Part shown: positions 1 through 8,752 of the stretch, in pieces
How positions within the stretch are numbered: position 1 is the stretch's first letter
How the letters are laid out: the number at the start of each line of letters is the position of its first letter
Translations under genes and position numbers: made by a program
Assembly: GCA_004431415.1 (NCBI GenBank)
Contig: QPMI01000136.1
Location: 137,037 to 201,036, forward strand
DNA from: Cyanophora paradoxa CCMP329
Taxonomy: Eukaryota > Plantae > Glaucophyta
Reading direction: 5' to 3'
Length of the DNA stretch: 64,000 bases
The notes under the pieces: generated by a model
What the model was told of the DNA's origin: nothing
Databases searched by the model: none
The model's input: only the letters and a program-made list of their open reading frames with translations

Positions 1-1
1 T

Positions 2-2689
2 CAAATAAATACCGAGCCAGCCACCAGGTTAGATTTTCCTGGATGCACCTTTGGCTCGATCCTGATGGAAGCTGATAGGCACCTGCTCCCGGCATTACAT
101 GACAGCTACGATCTAGGGCTTCGCACCAGGCAGTGGCGAAATATTCACGGCACGTCGATTTACCAAGATGGAAAAAAGGTCATCACTGAACCGGAGATAA
201 TAAACATTTTCAACTACTACTTCGGACCTATTGTCCCTATACCACCTATACCACCTCTTCCAGGGCTACCGAAGCCAAACCCTGAAGGGCCAGGTCGTGA
301 GAGAGTTGCAGATGAAACAATTCCATTCGGGCAAAATATTATTTCGTGGGAGGCTGTCAGGAATCGCCCCGTGATAGAACGCTATAAGCATCCGCATGAA
401 GAATACCTGCCGCCTGATATTGAAGTTTTCCCGCTCGAAATGTACACAGAGCCTGAAGAGCAGTTACTTCCTGATGGCTTAGATGTTCAAGAACTCCAGT
501 ACGAGCAACCTGTGATTCCACATGAGCAGCTGCTTCCAGACGGCTTTGAACCTATTCTCTTCCCCTTGGAGTTCACCGTAGATTGGGAATCAATAACCAA
601 TAAACCTGGGAGTTTTCCACCAGAGGAACACAGGCATGATTGGGATGAAATCGATAATAAACCGTTGCGGTTTCCCCCAGAGGATCACAGACATGATTGG
701 GCTGAGATCGATAATAAGCCTTTACGGTTCCCCCCAGAGGATCATAGACACGACTGGGGTGACCTTGATAATGTTCCGCTTGAATTTCCACCTGAGGATC
801 ACAGACATGTTTGGAGAGAGATCGATGAGCAACCCGAGTTCGCAAAGTCAGAGCTTCCTGTCACACTTGCTGTCTCTCTATACAAATCAATCAACACCCC
901 TGAAAGGTTATATTTGAATGAACACTATGTCCACAGGCAGGGAATTCGTGCCAACACTGACATGTCAGGCTCTTTGTTTGTACGGATTCCCCGCGGAATG
1001 GAGATAGTTGCTGCAGGTGGAAATATTGGCTTGCAGGACACGTTCCCAAGTATTTATGTCACAAACTACTACGCCTCTGACATCGAAATGACATCTGTTC
1101 TACCTCCTTTGCCTTCACTGCCGTTGGATCCTCTCTCCCATGCTGATTTTCATTCTGCAATCCAAATTAATGTAACAGATGTTAGCGATTTAGATTCATC
1201 GAGACCGAAATTGGTATTTAGCCGTGAACGCCTTTTACCCAATGCTCTGATAGGAAACCGAGACGATTATAAGAAATGTGAAATAGCATGGATAAAGACG
1301 AATTATAATGGTGGAGTTGGCGAGGGTGTTTTAGAAATAAATCAGAGGGCAGCAGCAAAGAACATTCACAACGAGACTATATCCAGAGTGGTCACAGAGG
1401 ATTTCCTTCAAGCTCAAAACTATGTAGATGAAACAGAGCTCGCTTTAGTTATTGCAGGTCTAGCTGTGACTGGGAATTACCTGCCCTTGACAGGAGGAAC
1501 TATTGATGGAACAGTGACTGCTGACAACTTTTTTGTTCACACTGAAAGTGATCAAACCTTCCCTGTGGTTCACCCAGGAGCTGAGTACGAGATTCCTATT
1601 GATCCAGCTATTATGCCCATAAAAATCGATCTCCCTTCCGATTATGTTGGACGGGGTGAACTGAAAATAATCTCTTTCACAGGAGATTATAATGATCTTT
1701 TAAACAAGCCTACTGCTGAGAACCTTCACCCTGTTGCCTATTCAGGAAATTTCCTCCATTTAAATAATAGGGCACACACCCACACAAAGGCAGAGATCAC
1801 AGATTTTGCTCACACTCACACCAAGTCCCAAATAACAGATTTTGCACACTATCACACCCGAGCAGATATAACTAATTTTGCTCACACTCATTTTAAATCT
1901 GAGATAACAGATTTTGCTCACACTCACACTAAGTCACAGATTACAGATTTTGCACACACTCATGTCAAGAGTGAGATTACAGATTTTGCACACACTCATG
2001 TCAAGAGTGAGATTACAGATTTTGCTCACACTCATGTCAAGAGTGAGATTACAGACTTTGCTCATACTCATACCAAATCCCAAATTACAGACTTTGCACA
2101 TACCCATGTTTGGGTAGATATAACAGATAGACCTACTTTGGATCCATTTACAGCTACTACTATAAGAGCCAACAACACAATGTATGTAGGATCGGGTCAG
2201 ATTGTAGAACCAGCAGGACCTATGTTTGATGAAACATGGTTTTTCCACAATTCACAAAACTACTTTGATCAGACCCTACTTGTGAGAGGAAATGGTTATG
2301 CAAGAAACTTTTATGCTATGAACCCCACAGATAGCACCACTATTAGTAGATGTATTACAGAAGCAGATCTTACCAGTCAACTTAATGCATATTTTAATGG
2401 GAAAATAAAAGCAGGAAAGTATATTTACACTACTCCTGTTTTGAACTACAATAATTTATATGTGTTCAATCTAACCATCTATTTCAGCAGTGCCTTTACT
2501 TCTCCTCCTGTTGTAACAGCAACAGTAAGACATGAAGGACAAGCGAACGCTACAACACCTGTTATATTTACTGTGAACCTGTTAAATGTTTATAGTGACC
2601 ATTTCACATGTGAACTTTTCACTGATCCATACGCAATGGAAAATTCAGCAAAAACCGTAACAATCCATTACATTGCTGTCGCAATTTAA
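2..2689 (+). CDS. Tail-fibre-like protein (5'-partial) with HxH repeat shafts and a C-terminal H-type-lectin/gp53-like head
   Basis: The frame is open from base 2, upstream of the annotated ATG at 65. Phage-fibre motifs: P-x(3)-DSYDLG-x(4)-W, YLPLTGGTIDG, TGDYNDLLNKP. It has 19-aa and 12-aa His-x-His repeats. The C-terminal IYFSSAFTSPPVVTATV...IHYIAV pattern fits H-lectin/gp53-like heads. Confidence 0.8.
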   Translation, partial: QINTEPATRLDFPGCTFGSILMEADRHLLPALHDSYDLGLRTRQWRNIHGTSIYQDGKKVITEPEIINIFNYYFGPIVPIPPIPPLPGLPKPNPEGPGRERVADETIPFGQNIISWEAVRNRPVIERYKHPHEEYLPPDIEVFPLEMYTEPEEQLLPDGLDVQELQYEQPVIPHEQLLPDGFEPILFPLEFTVDWESITNKPGSFPPEEHRHDWDEIDNKPLRFPPEDHRHDWAEIDNKPLRFPPEDHRHDWGDLDNVPLEFPPEDHRHVWREIDEQPEFAKSELPVTLAVSLYKSINTPERLYLNEHYVHRQGIRANTDMSGSLFVRIPRGMEIVAAGGNIGLQDTFPSIYVTNYYASDIEMTSVLPPLPSLPLDPLSHADFHSAIQINVTDVSDLDSSRPKLVFSRERLLPNALIGNRDDYKKCEIAWIKTNYNGGVGEGVLEINQRAAAKNIHNETISRVVTEDFLQAQNYVDETELALVIAGLAVTGNYLPLTGGTIDGTVTADNFFVHTESDQTFPVVHPGAEYEIPIDPAIMPIKIDLPSDYVGRGELKIISFTGDYNDLLNKPTAENLHPVAYSGNFLHLNNRAHTHTKAEITDFAHTHTKSQITDFAHYHTRADITNFAHTHFKSEITDFAHTHTKSQITDFAHTHVKSEITDFAHTHVKSEITDFAHTHVKSEITDFAHTHTKSQITDFAHTHVWVDITDRPTLDPFTATTIRANNTMYVGSGQIVEPAGPMFDETWFFHNSQNYFDQTLLVRGNGYARNFYAMNPTDSTTISRCITEADLTSQLNAYFNGKIKAGKYIYTTPVLNYNNLYVFNLTIYFSSAFTSPPVVTATVRHEGQANATTPVIFTVNLLNVYSDHFTCELFTDPYAMENSAKTVTIHYIAVAI
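578..835 (+). repeat. 57-nt (19-aa) coding repeat HDWxxIDNKPLRFPPEDHR, about 4.5 copies
   Basis: Directly visible in the translation; resembles phage tail repeat-like motifs. Confidence 0.9.
1772..2134 (+). repeat. 36-nt (12-aa) coding repeat AHTHxKSxITDF, 10 copies
   Basis: Directly visible in both DNA and translation. Confidence 0.95.
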
Positions 2690-2708
2690 CTATTTCGTAA
2701 ATATAAAG

Positions 2709-3755
2709 ATGACATCTCAATTAGAAATCCCAAATTACGAACTTGCCGCGAAATCACTCCATAGCACCTCTCATGAAGTATTTGATTCTTTACCTGGTAA
2801 TATTTGCACTGAAACATCAAGCAATACCTCTTTCACAGAGAACAATGTACTGAGAGTCAAAGAAATTCGATGTGATCGCAATAATGGTAAGATAAGAACC
2901 ACAGGTATTATTATCTCTAATAAAAATCAAGTTCAAGCGGGTCAAGTAGTCCCCGATTCAGCAATATATGATAATGTGGGTGGATTCACCACAGCAAAAA
3001 TAGTAACTTTCGACAACACAATAAATAATTCGGCTCTTGTAGTAAAGAGTGGAGGAGCATACTTTGGAGAGGCATTAAAGGTGAATGGAACAGTAACAGC
3101 ATCCATACTAAATGCTGGAAGTGGAATATTTGAGAGTCCAATAAATTTTGAGGGTGGATATAATGCGAATAGTTTTTCAGTTGGTGTTGGTGTCTTTTCC
3201 ACAATGGTAAACACACCTGAAATTGAAACAACAGATGCTTTAAATATAAAGAGAAATGCAGTGGTTACAGCAACCATAAACAATGTCTCCCCTTCAATAA
3301 ATCTAATTAAATATCTGAAAGCTCCTCACCCTCGGTTTTGTATTGTTAATTATTCAACATCAGCAGTTACTGTGGGAACTTCATCAACAGCAAGGAGATT
3401 TGCTTTTAATAGATCTCTTGTAGATGCAAGCAATAATATCACATTATCCACAGGCACCTTTACAGCACCTGTGTCCGGAATTTATAGATTCTTCTTCATT
3501 GTTCAAATGTCAACAGCTTCATCAACAGGGGAGTGTAGAGTTGCATTTAGAAAGAATGATTTGGCTCTTTCCCCTCAATCGGTTCAAGAATTTTCAACTT
3601 ACAATGGAAGGCGAAGTGTTCACATGGAGGCTTCTTTTGCTGTATATGCGAACGAATTTGTGAATGTTATACAAACCTGGACATCGTCCATGCAATATGA
3701 TGCTACAATACAAGGTATTACCTGTTTTGGGGGGCATCTCATCAGTAGACTATAA
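2709..3755 (+). CDS. Fibre/spike paralogue 1: shared N-terminal domain, beta-rich shaft, C1q-like head
   Basis: Alignment with the paralogues puts the start at ATG 2709 (MTSQLEIP). C1q signature GTFTAPVSGIYRFFF...FGGHLI. Confidence 0.8.
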   Translation: MTSQLEIPNYELAAKSLHSTSHEVFDSLPGNICTETSSNTSFTENNVLRVKEIRCDRNNGKIRTTGIIISNKNQVQAGQVVPDSAIYDNVGGFTTAKIVTFDNTINNSALVVKSGGAYFGEALKVNGTVTASILNAGSGIFESPINFEGGYNANSFSVGVGVFSTMVNTPEIETTDALNIKRNAVVTATINNVSPSINLIKYLKAPHPRFCIVNYSTSAVTVGTSSTARRFAFNRSLVDASNNITLSTGTFTAPVSGIYRFFFIVQMSTASSTGECRVAFRKNDLALSPQSVQEFSTYNGRRSVHMEASFAVYANEFVNVIQTWTSSMQYDATIQGITCFGGHLISRL

Positions 3756-3777
3756 ACTTTTTGTAGGGACTTTATAG

Positions 3778-4800
3778 ATGGCTACCCAAATCGCAGTTCC
3801 TGTTTTCTGTTATGCAGCGCCTAAATTGCATCAACTGAACCACACAGTAACAGATGCAATACCTGGGTTTATATGCACAGAGACCACAGGGGCTGATTCG
3901 TTTACTCAAAATTCGATTATCAGATGCAAGGAGATTCGATGTGATAGAAATGCTGGAAAAATAAGAACCACACAATTAATCGTAAGTAACAAGAATCAGG
4001 TTTTAACAGGTGGTGTAGTTGCTGATGCAGCTATTTATGATGATGCAGGTGGGGTGACCACACCACAGATTGTTACTTTTGATGGGACAGAAAATAATGC
4101 AGCACTTGTAGTTAAATCAGGTGGAGCATGGATAGGTTCGGGAGCTTTTGTTAATGGAACACTCTCAGCTACAAATGTTTCAATTTCAGGAACAACAACA
4201 TTTACAGGTGTTGTGAATGCAAATGGTGGGCTTTTTGTTCCTACTTATACAGTCCCTGTGATGACCACAACCACAAAGATACAAACACCTGAAATAGATA
4301 CAGGAGCAAATGTAGATTTGATTCTGAAACGAAATAGCACAGAAGTCGCACGAATTGATGCAGGGGGTCTTACAATCGCAGCAAACTTTTATTTGAAGCA
4401 AGAAACCCAACCTCGATTTTGTGTTGGGTTTGGTATAGCAACAAGAAGTGGAGTATATGGGCGCCTTACGAATTGGTTGCATGAATTCTTTGATAATACC
4501 AACTCATTCGATGTAGTAGAAGGGAAATTTACAGCGCCTATTAGTGGAGATTATAGATTCTCTCTTAATTCTTATAGTATTGTTACCTCATCTGCGAGTG
4601 TAGATCTGAAAGTAAATGATGCAAATGTTTCAACAGAATTCAATTTTAAGGTGAACAACTCTCAAACAGTAACCAACAAAACAATCAATTTGAGCGCAAT
4701 ACTTAGACTTGGAGCCGGGGATAATGTCTCTATTTATGCTGTTGATACTTACATTTCAGAATTCACAACGTTTAGTGGCGAATTGCTGAGCATAATTTAA
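3778..4800 (+). CDS. Fibre/spike paralogue 2: shared N-terminal domain, C1q-like head
   Basis: The first ~130 aa are clearly homologous to paralogue 1 (KEIRCDRNxGKIRTT, ALVVKSGGA). C1q signature GKFTAPISGDYRF...LRLGAGDNV...FSGELL. Confidence 0.85.
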   Translation: MATQIAVPVFCYAAPKLHQLNHTVTDAIPGFICTETTGADSFTQNSIIRCKEIRCDRNAGKIRTTQLIVSNKNQVLTGGVVADAAIYDDAGGVTTPQIVTFDGTENNAALVVKSGGAWIGSGAFVNGTLSATNVSISGTTTFTGVVNANGGLFVPTYTVPVMTTTTKIQTPEIDTGANVDLILKRNSTEVARIDAGGLTIAANFYLKQETQPRFCVGFGIATRSGVYGRLTNWLHEFFDNTNSFDVVEGKFTAPISGDYRFSLNSYSIVTSSASVDLKVNDANVSTEFNFKVNNSQTVTNKTINLSAILRLGAGDNVSIYAVDTYISEFTTFSGELLSII

Positions 4801-4820
4801 TTATCTACATGTAATATAGA

Positions 4821-5087
4821 ATGTCGAATATATACCAAGTGGTTCTATCTGATATTGAAAAGTTGGGAATGGAATATTGCGCTTTATCTGTTCAGGATTG
4901 GATTGATAATGCTGTTCACAATAGGGCAAGAATTGCAATTGATGAGATTGTTCAGAAAGAAATTCAATCTTGCATCTCATCAGGAGTTCAAATACCAACC
5001 TCAAAGGAAGCCATTGTGTCACAGGCATTCCAAAGGGGAACTGTAAAGAAAGGCATCGAGTATAATAATGTCACAGAAGAGCAGTGA
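4821..5087 (+). CDS. Small 88-aa protein, possible fibre-associated or assembly factor
   Basis: Compact ORF inside the cassette. QDWIDNAVHNRARIAIDEIV resembles, from recall, small proteins encoded next to C1q fibre genes in aquatic phages; unverified. Confidence 0.6.
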   Translation: MSNIYQVVLSDIEKLGMEYCALSVQDWIDNAVHNRARIAIDEIVQKEIQSCISSGVQIPTSKEAIVSQAFQRGTVKKGIEYNNVTEEQ

Positions 5088-5135
5088 AGCTATAGCTTGT
5101 CTGCAGCCTATTTTTTTCTCTCGCATTTCTATCAA

Positions 5136-5984
5136 ATGACCGAGTACAATCGGGTTCAGCTACCTATCTACTCACTGGGCTCCCCAGCCATCCATATGAG
5201 GCAGCATGAAGTTAGCGATGCTATTGCGGGATTAGAGTCCACTGAGCGTCCAAACTCAACTAATGCATTTGATCAACGATCTGTGATTCGGTGTAAAGAA
5301 TTGCGCGCAGATAAAAACTCTGGGGTTGTAAAAACAACGCGATTATTAGTCACTAATGCAAATTTTTCCCAGCCCATAACAGGGGGAGTTGATTCGTACA
5401 GTGTTGACCTCCGAAGCATAAACTATGATCAAAACACTGCTGCCCTCACTGTGCGCTCCGGGGGAGCAGCTATTACTGGAGCTTGCCGTGTTAGTGGAGG
5501 ACTATCATCATCGATTGCCATCAATGATGTTCCAGACTTTTCATTAGAGAATGTCGAAAATCGTAAACGAGTTCGAATGTACTTACCTTGCTGTGACCTC
5601 CCCTATGCACAAGCTCTAGTAGAAGTTGAGATAACCATAGCAAATTCAAGTACACCAAATGGTCTGGATGGTGAGAGGTTGCTTTCAAACAGAGAAATAC
5701 CGAAGGCACTTCAATCACTCTGTCAGGATCAAAATGATCAGATAGGGCATGTGTATACGTTCTTTGTGCAAGGTCTTGGGCATGCTGGCCGGGGATACGT
5801 AGTTCGTAATATCAATACAAGGCATCTTTTCGATTTATATGCTACCGCTATAGGCAGATATTCTATCCTAATAATCGGATATCGCTCCGATGTAGCTGCA
5901 TCAGCGGCCACTAGAGGACTGAACCCTGATCCAGCACTCAATAATATGTATGAGGAGAACAATCCAGAAAATCCTATAGCTTGA
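5136..5984 (+). CDS. Fibre paralogue 3: shared N-terminal domain with a non-C1q C-terminal domain
   Basis: ATG 5136 (MTEYNRVQLP) matches the paralogue starts. N-terminal RCKELRADKNSGVVKTT; the C-terminus GRYSILIIGYRSD is homologous to paralogue 4. Confidence 0.75.
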   Translation: MTEYNRVQLPIYSLGSPAIHMRQHEVSDAIAGLESTERPNSTNAFDQRSVIRCKELRADKNSGVVKTTRLLVTNANFSQPITGGVDSYSVDLRSINYDQNTAALTVRSGGAAITGACRVSGGLSSSIAINDVPDFSLENVENRKRVRMYLPCCDLPYAQALVEVEITIANSSTPNGLDGERLLSNREIPKALQSLCQDQNDQIGHVYTFFVQGLGHAGRGYVVRNINTRHLFDLYATAIGRYSILIIGYRSDVAASAATRGLNPDPALNNMYEENNPENPIA

Positions 5985-6012
5985 GTGAAAGTTTTATCTT
6001 CTGTTTTCTAAA

Positions 6013-6846
6013 ATGGAAGCTGTTGAAAGAATTGTTGTTCCCTCTTTGACACTAGCAGCCCCAGCAAATCACGTCCTCCAGCATGCTGTCTCAGACGACG
6101 TGCCTGGTCTGCAATCAACTGAGCAGCAGCCAACTCTAAATACCTTCCGGGAGAATCACATATTACGTTTAGGCGAGGTTCGATGCGACAAAAATAATGG
6201 GACAATAAAAACAACAAGTCTCCTTGTAACCAATGCAAACTTTAATTCAAATTATGGGGATCCTGATAGCTATGACGATGCTAATAAGGTCAATACTTTT
6301 ACCTTTGAATCAAGAACAGGTGCCGTCACCTGCAGATTTGGAGGTGCTTATATTGGCGATGGTCTGAGAGTAGGCGGCGCTGCTTGTGCTCCTATATTTG
6401 TTAATGATCAACCTAACCCTGAAAACACAAATGAAAGAATTCGAACCTATGTGCCTTCTATGAATTCGCCTTACATTATTAAACTATTCACCCTAAACAT
6501 AAATGAGCAAACATCGATTGTAGATAACGTTCAGCCACTCGGAAATCATTTCAAGAGTGTTGTTGATATTCCCCCGGATGTCTACTTCCTTTGTAGAAGG
6601 AATGATGCTCTCCGGCCAAACATAGCTGTTTTGATCAATCCTATCGATAATTTTGGTGTCGCTTTCCATTCGACTCCAGTTGGGGTTGAAGATTACCAGT
6701 TTATTGTGAGGGCCACGCTAATGGGTGCCTACAAAATTATTCTATTTGCTGAAAGAACAGATGTGATTGCAAGCGGGGTCAAGTATGGTGAGACCTTCAA
6801 TTCGAATCGTTACTTTCCAATTGGAGGGGCTGATCCCAACCCATAG
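6013..6846 (+). CDS. Fibre paralogue 4: shared N-terminal domain with the same C-terminal family as paralogue 3
   Basis: RLGEVRCDKNNGTIKTT; C-terminal NPIDNFGVAF...GAYKIILFAERTD, reminiscent of chaperone-like C-termini of giant-virus fibre proteins. Confidence 0.75.
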   Translation: MEAVERIVVPSLTLAAPANHVLQHAVSDDVPGLQSTEQQPTLNTFRENHILRLGEVRCDKNNGTIKTTSLLVTNANFNSNYGDPDSYDDANKVNTFTFESRTGAVTCRFGGAYIGDGLRVGGAACAPIFVNDQPNPENTNERIRTYVPSMNSPYIIKLFTLNINEQTSIVDNVQPLGNHFKSVVDIPPDVYFLCRRNDALRPNIAVLINPIDNFGVAFHSTPVGVEDYQFIVRATLMGAYKIILFAERTDVIASGVKYGETFNSNRYFPIGGADPNP

Positions 6847-6878
6847 AATCTTTGTTTTTATATATATTACCCTTGTAG

Positions 6879-7223
6879 ATGGATCTGCTCCGTAAATGCA
6901 TGGACATGTTCCATCTCAACGTCACCAGCAAATTGAAATGCAGTTGCTGCGAGACAACTATCAACCTCGAAATATCTGACACTGAGGGCTCACGCACCCC
7001 TGATACTCAGCTATCGCCTAATAACACACCCGGGACTTCTAGGTCCAATTCTCCTTTTACGCGATCTGATTCACCTATACCATGGCTTGATTCTGAAAGC
7101 CGAAGATCGTCTTGGCCACCCCCAAATATCCCGAAGCCCCTGAAAAGAAAGAAGTCCTTGCTATCAAGTTTCAGAAAGGAGAAGACTCCAGTTGCCGAAA
7201 AGCAACCAGATCAAGTGGAATGA
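6879..7223 (+). CDS. Small hypothetical viral protein (KCSCC motif, Ser/Pro-rich, basic KRKK tail)
   Basis: Last ORF of the AT-rich cassette, on the same strand with the same spacing. Confidence 0.55.
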   Translation: MDLLRKCMDMFHLNVTSKLKCSCCETTINLEISDTEGSRTPDTQLSPNNTPGTSRSNSPFTRSDSPIPWLDSESRRSSWPPPNIPKPLKRKKSLLSSFRKEKTPVAEKQPDQVE

Positions 7224-7296
7224 GGCCGCACCAGACCGCTAAAAGGGGCTCGAAGAGCAGGAAGCCTTCTGGCTGACGCTCCCGTCCTTACGTGCG

Positions 7297-7466
7297 GCTA
7301 TAGCTTAACGCATTTTCCTCGTTTAGCTTCTCTGTAAACATCAATTACATCTAGCTAGAGCTTAACACGTTTCCTCGTTTAGCTTCTCTGTACTCATTAA
7401 TATCGCGTAGCTATAGCTTAACGCATTTTCCTCGTTTAGCTCAATGCACACATTAATATCGTCTAG
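7297..7466. repeat. Three ~56-57 bp tandem repeats (gctatagcttaacgcattttcctcgtttagc core)
   Basis: Units start at about 7297, 7354 and 7410, just after the last viral ORF; may be part of a terminal repeat. Confidence 0.85.
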
Positions 7467-7529
7467 CCTATTCTGATCCGTTTCTCTGCAGACCGCGCTC
7501 ATAGGGGGCAGCGCTCCTCTGCGTCTCTT

Positions 7530-8520
7530 CTTTTTGTCAGCTCTGCCCTGAATAGTCGTTAGATATTGCTTGCTTAAGACTCCCACATGAGTCTCGTAGA
7601 CCTGGGAATTAGGGGCTCGTAGACGTACAAGGTGAATTAACTGAAAAAGGGCTGGAGGTATACACTGGAAACGCATGGAATCGGGGGCAATGGAGCGAAG
7701 CGGAATTGCCCGGGTGTGAGGTCCATGCGTATACAACAGGCATCGGGCGGCTGGGGGAGGGGGGGCCTGGGGGGAGGGGCGGTCTGGGGCGAGGGGAGGC
7801 AGGGAGTCGTGCAATGGCCTGGCGGAAATTTTCCAGGAGAACCCATGGTTGGACTTCCGAGTCCAATCCGCAGCAGAAGTCAGTGATGGAGATGGTATCA
7901 TGGAGGGAGGGGGCGGGGGGGGGGGGCGGGGGGGGAAGGGGGAGACCAGGCGGCTGAACTGGCGGCGAGCGGGAGGGTTTGGTGTCGGCATGTTTGCGGT
8001 ATCGACGTTTGGTTCTGTCAGTGATGCCTTGTCGGAGCTCCCAGGCGTGGTTGCGGGCGCAGCGGTCCCTCCAGATCGCACGGAGGTGTTGGTCGAGGAG
8101 TAGCGCTACTACGGCTAAATCTTTTTGGATTGACATTGTGGTGGTCTTGTTGATGCCCAGGGCTGTGCAGAGGGCGGGCAATCCTGCCGGGGTACCGAGG
8201 CGCAGGAGGGCAAGGGCGGGGAAGGGGAGCATGTCAGCCAGGGCCGGGCTAAGCTTTGTCCATAGGGTATCGGTGAGACCTGGGGGGCGGACAAGGGCCG
8301 GATTTTCGGTGGGGGAGAGGAGGGCGGATTGGAGGGGAGAGGCGGGGTCAGGGGAGACGAGGCGGAGGAAGGGAAAGAGTTGAAAAATAGTATCGTCGTG
8401 TCCTAAGGGTTTGGGCGAGTGGCGGAGAACCCGGGTGCGGAGGAAGGTCACGAGTGCGAATGATGCGGTTTTTTGGCACTGCGGCATATCGTCGGAGGCT
8501 GCGCGCGCGCTTTTGCCTGC
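7530..8520 (-). mobile_element. 3' fragment of a non-LTR retrotransposon (ORF2 C-terminus and 3' UTR)
   Basis: ORF 7609-8571 contains LLLDQHLRAIWRDRCARNHAWE, like the IWxxRN motif downstream of RT in L1/Tx1-type LINEs. Short A tract near 7531-7535 on the minus strand; no RT domain present. Confidence 0.5.
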
Positions 8521-8752
8521 AGTTTCTATCAGTAATAGTACATAACTTGTAACCGATACATTTTGGAGCATTAGAGGCTGCAGGGACCGCGCACGGCTCT
8601 TGGCCTCCTGCCACTGGTGCTGTCACTGGCCATGGGCCTCGGAGCCAGCTGCAGAACTGTTTTCAGAGCCAAACACACACATACAGCGCGTGCGCTTCAA
8701 ATCACATCGTATTTGCACTAAACTAAACCTTAAGAAAGCCCTGAAAGAGCAC

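Larger units (their letters stand above)
1..7530 (+). mobile_element. Right-hand part of a putative endogenous dsDNA virus (PLV/virophage/NCLDV-like), fibre-gene module
   Basis: Sharp composition step from AT-rich to the very GC-rich flank. Seven same-strand intronless ORFs with about 20-50 bp spacers and fibre-type motifs, then ~57-bp tandem repeats at the end. No capsid, ATPase or polymerase gene is inside the window, so the class is unresolved. Confidence 0.7.

Noticed and set aside
1772-2134. Diversity-generating retroelement TR/VR
   Set aside because: The repeats are tandem in-frame units with no adenine-specific variation and no RT gene nearby.
1-7223. Bacterial prophage or contaminant
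   Set aside because: No consistent Shine-Dalgarno sites, and the block is contiguous with eukaryotic TEs; not fully excluded without junction-spanning reads.
7297-7466. Mini CRISPR array
   Set aside because: The inter-repeat parts resemble each other, so these are plain tandem repeats, and the context is eukaryotic.
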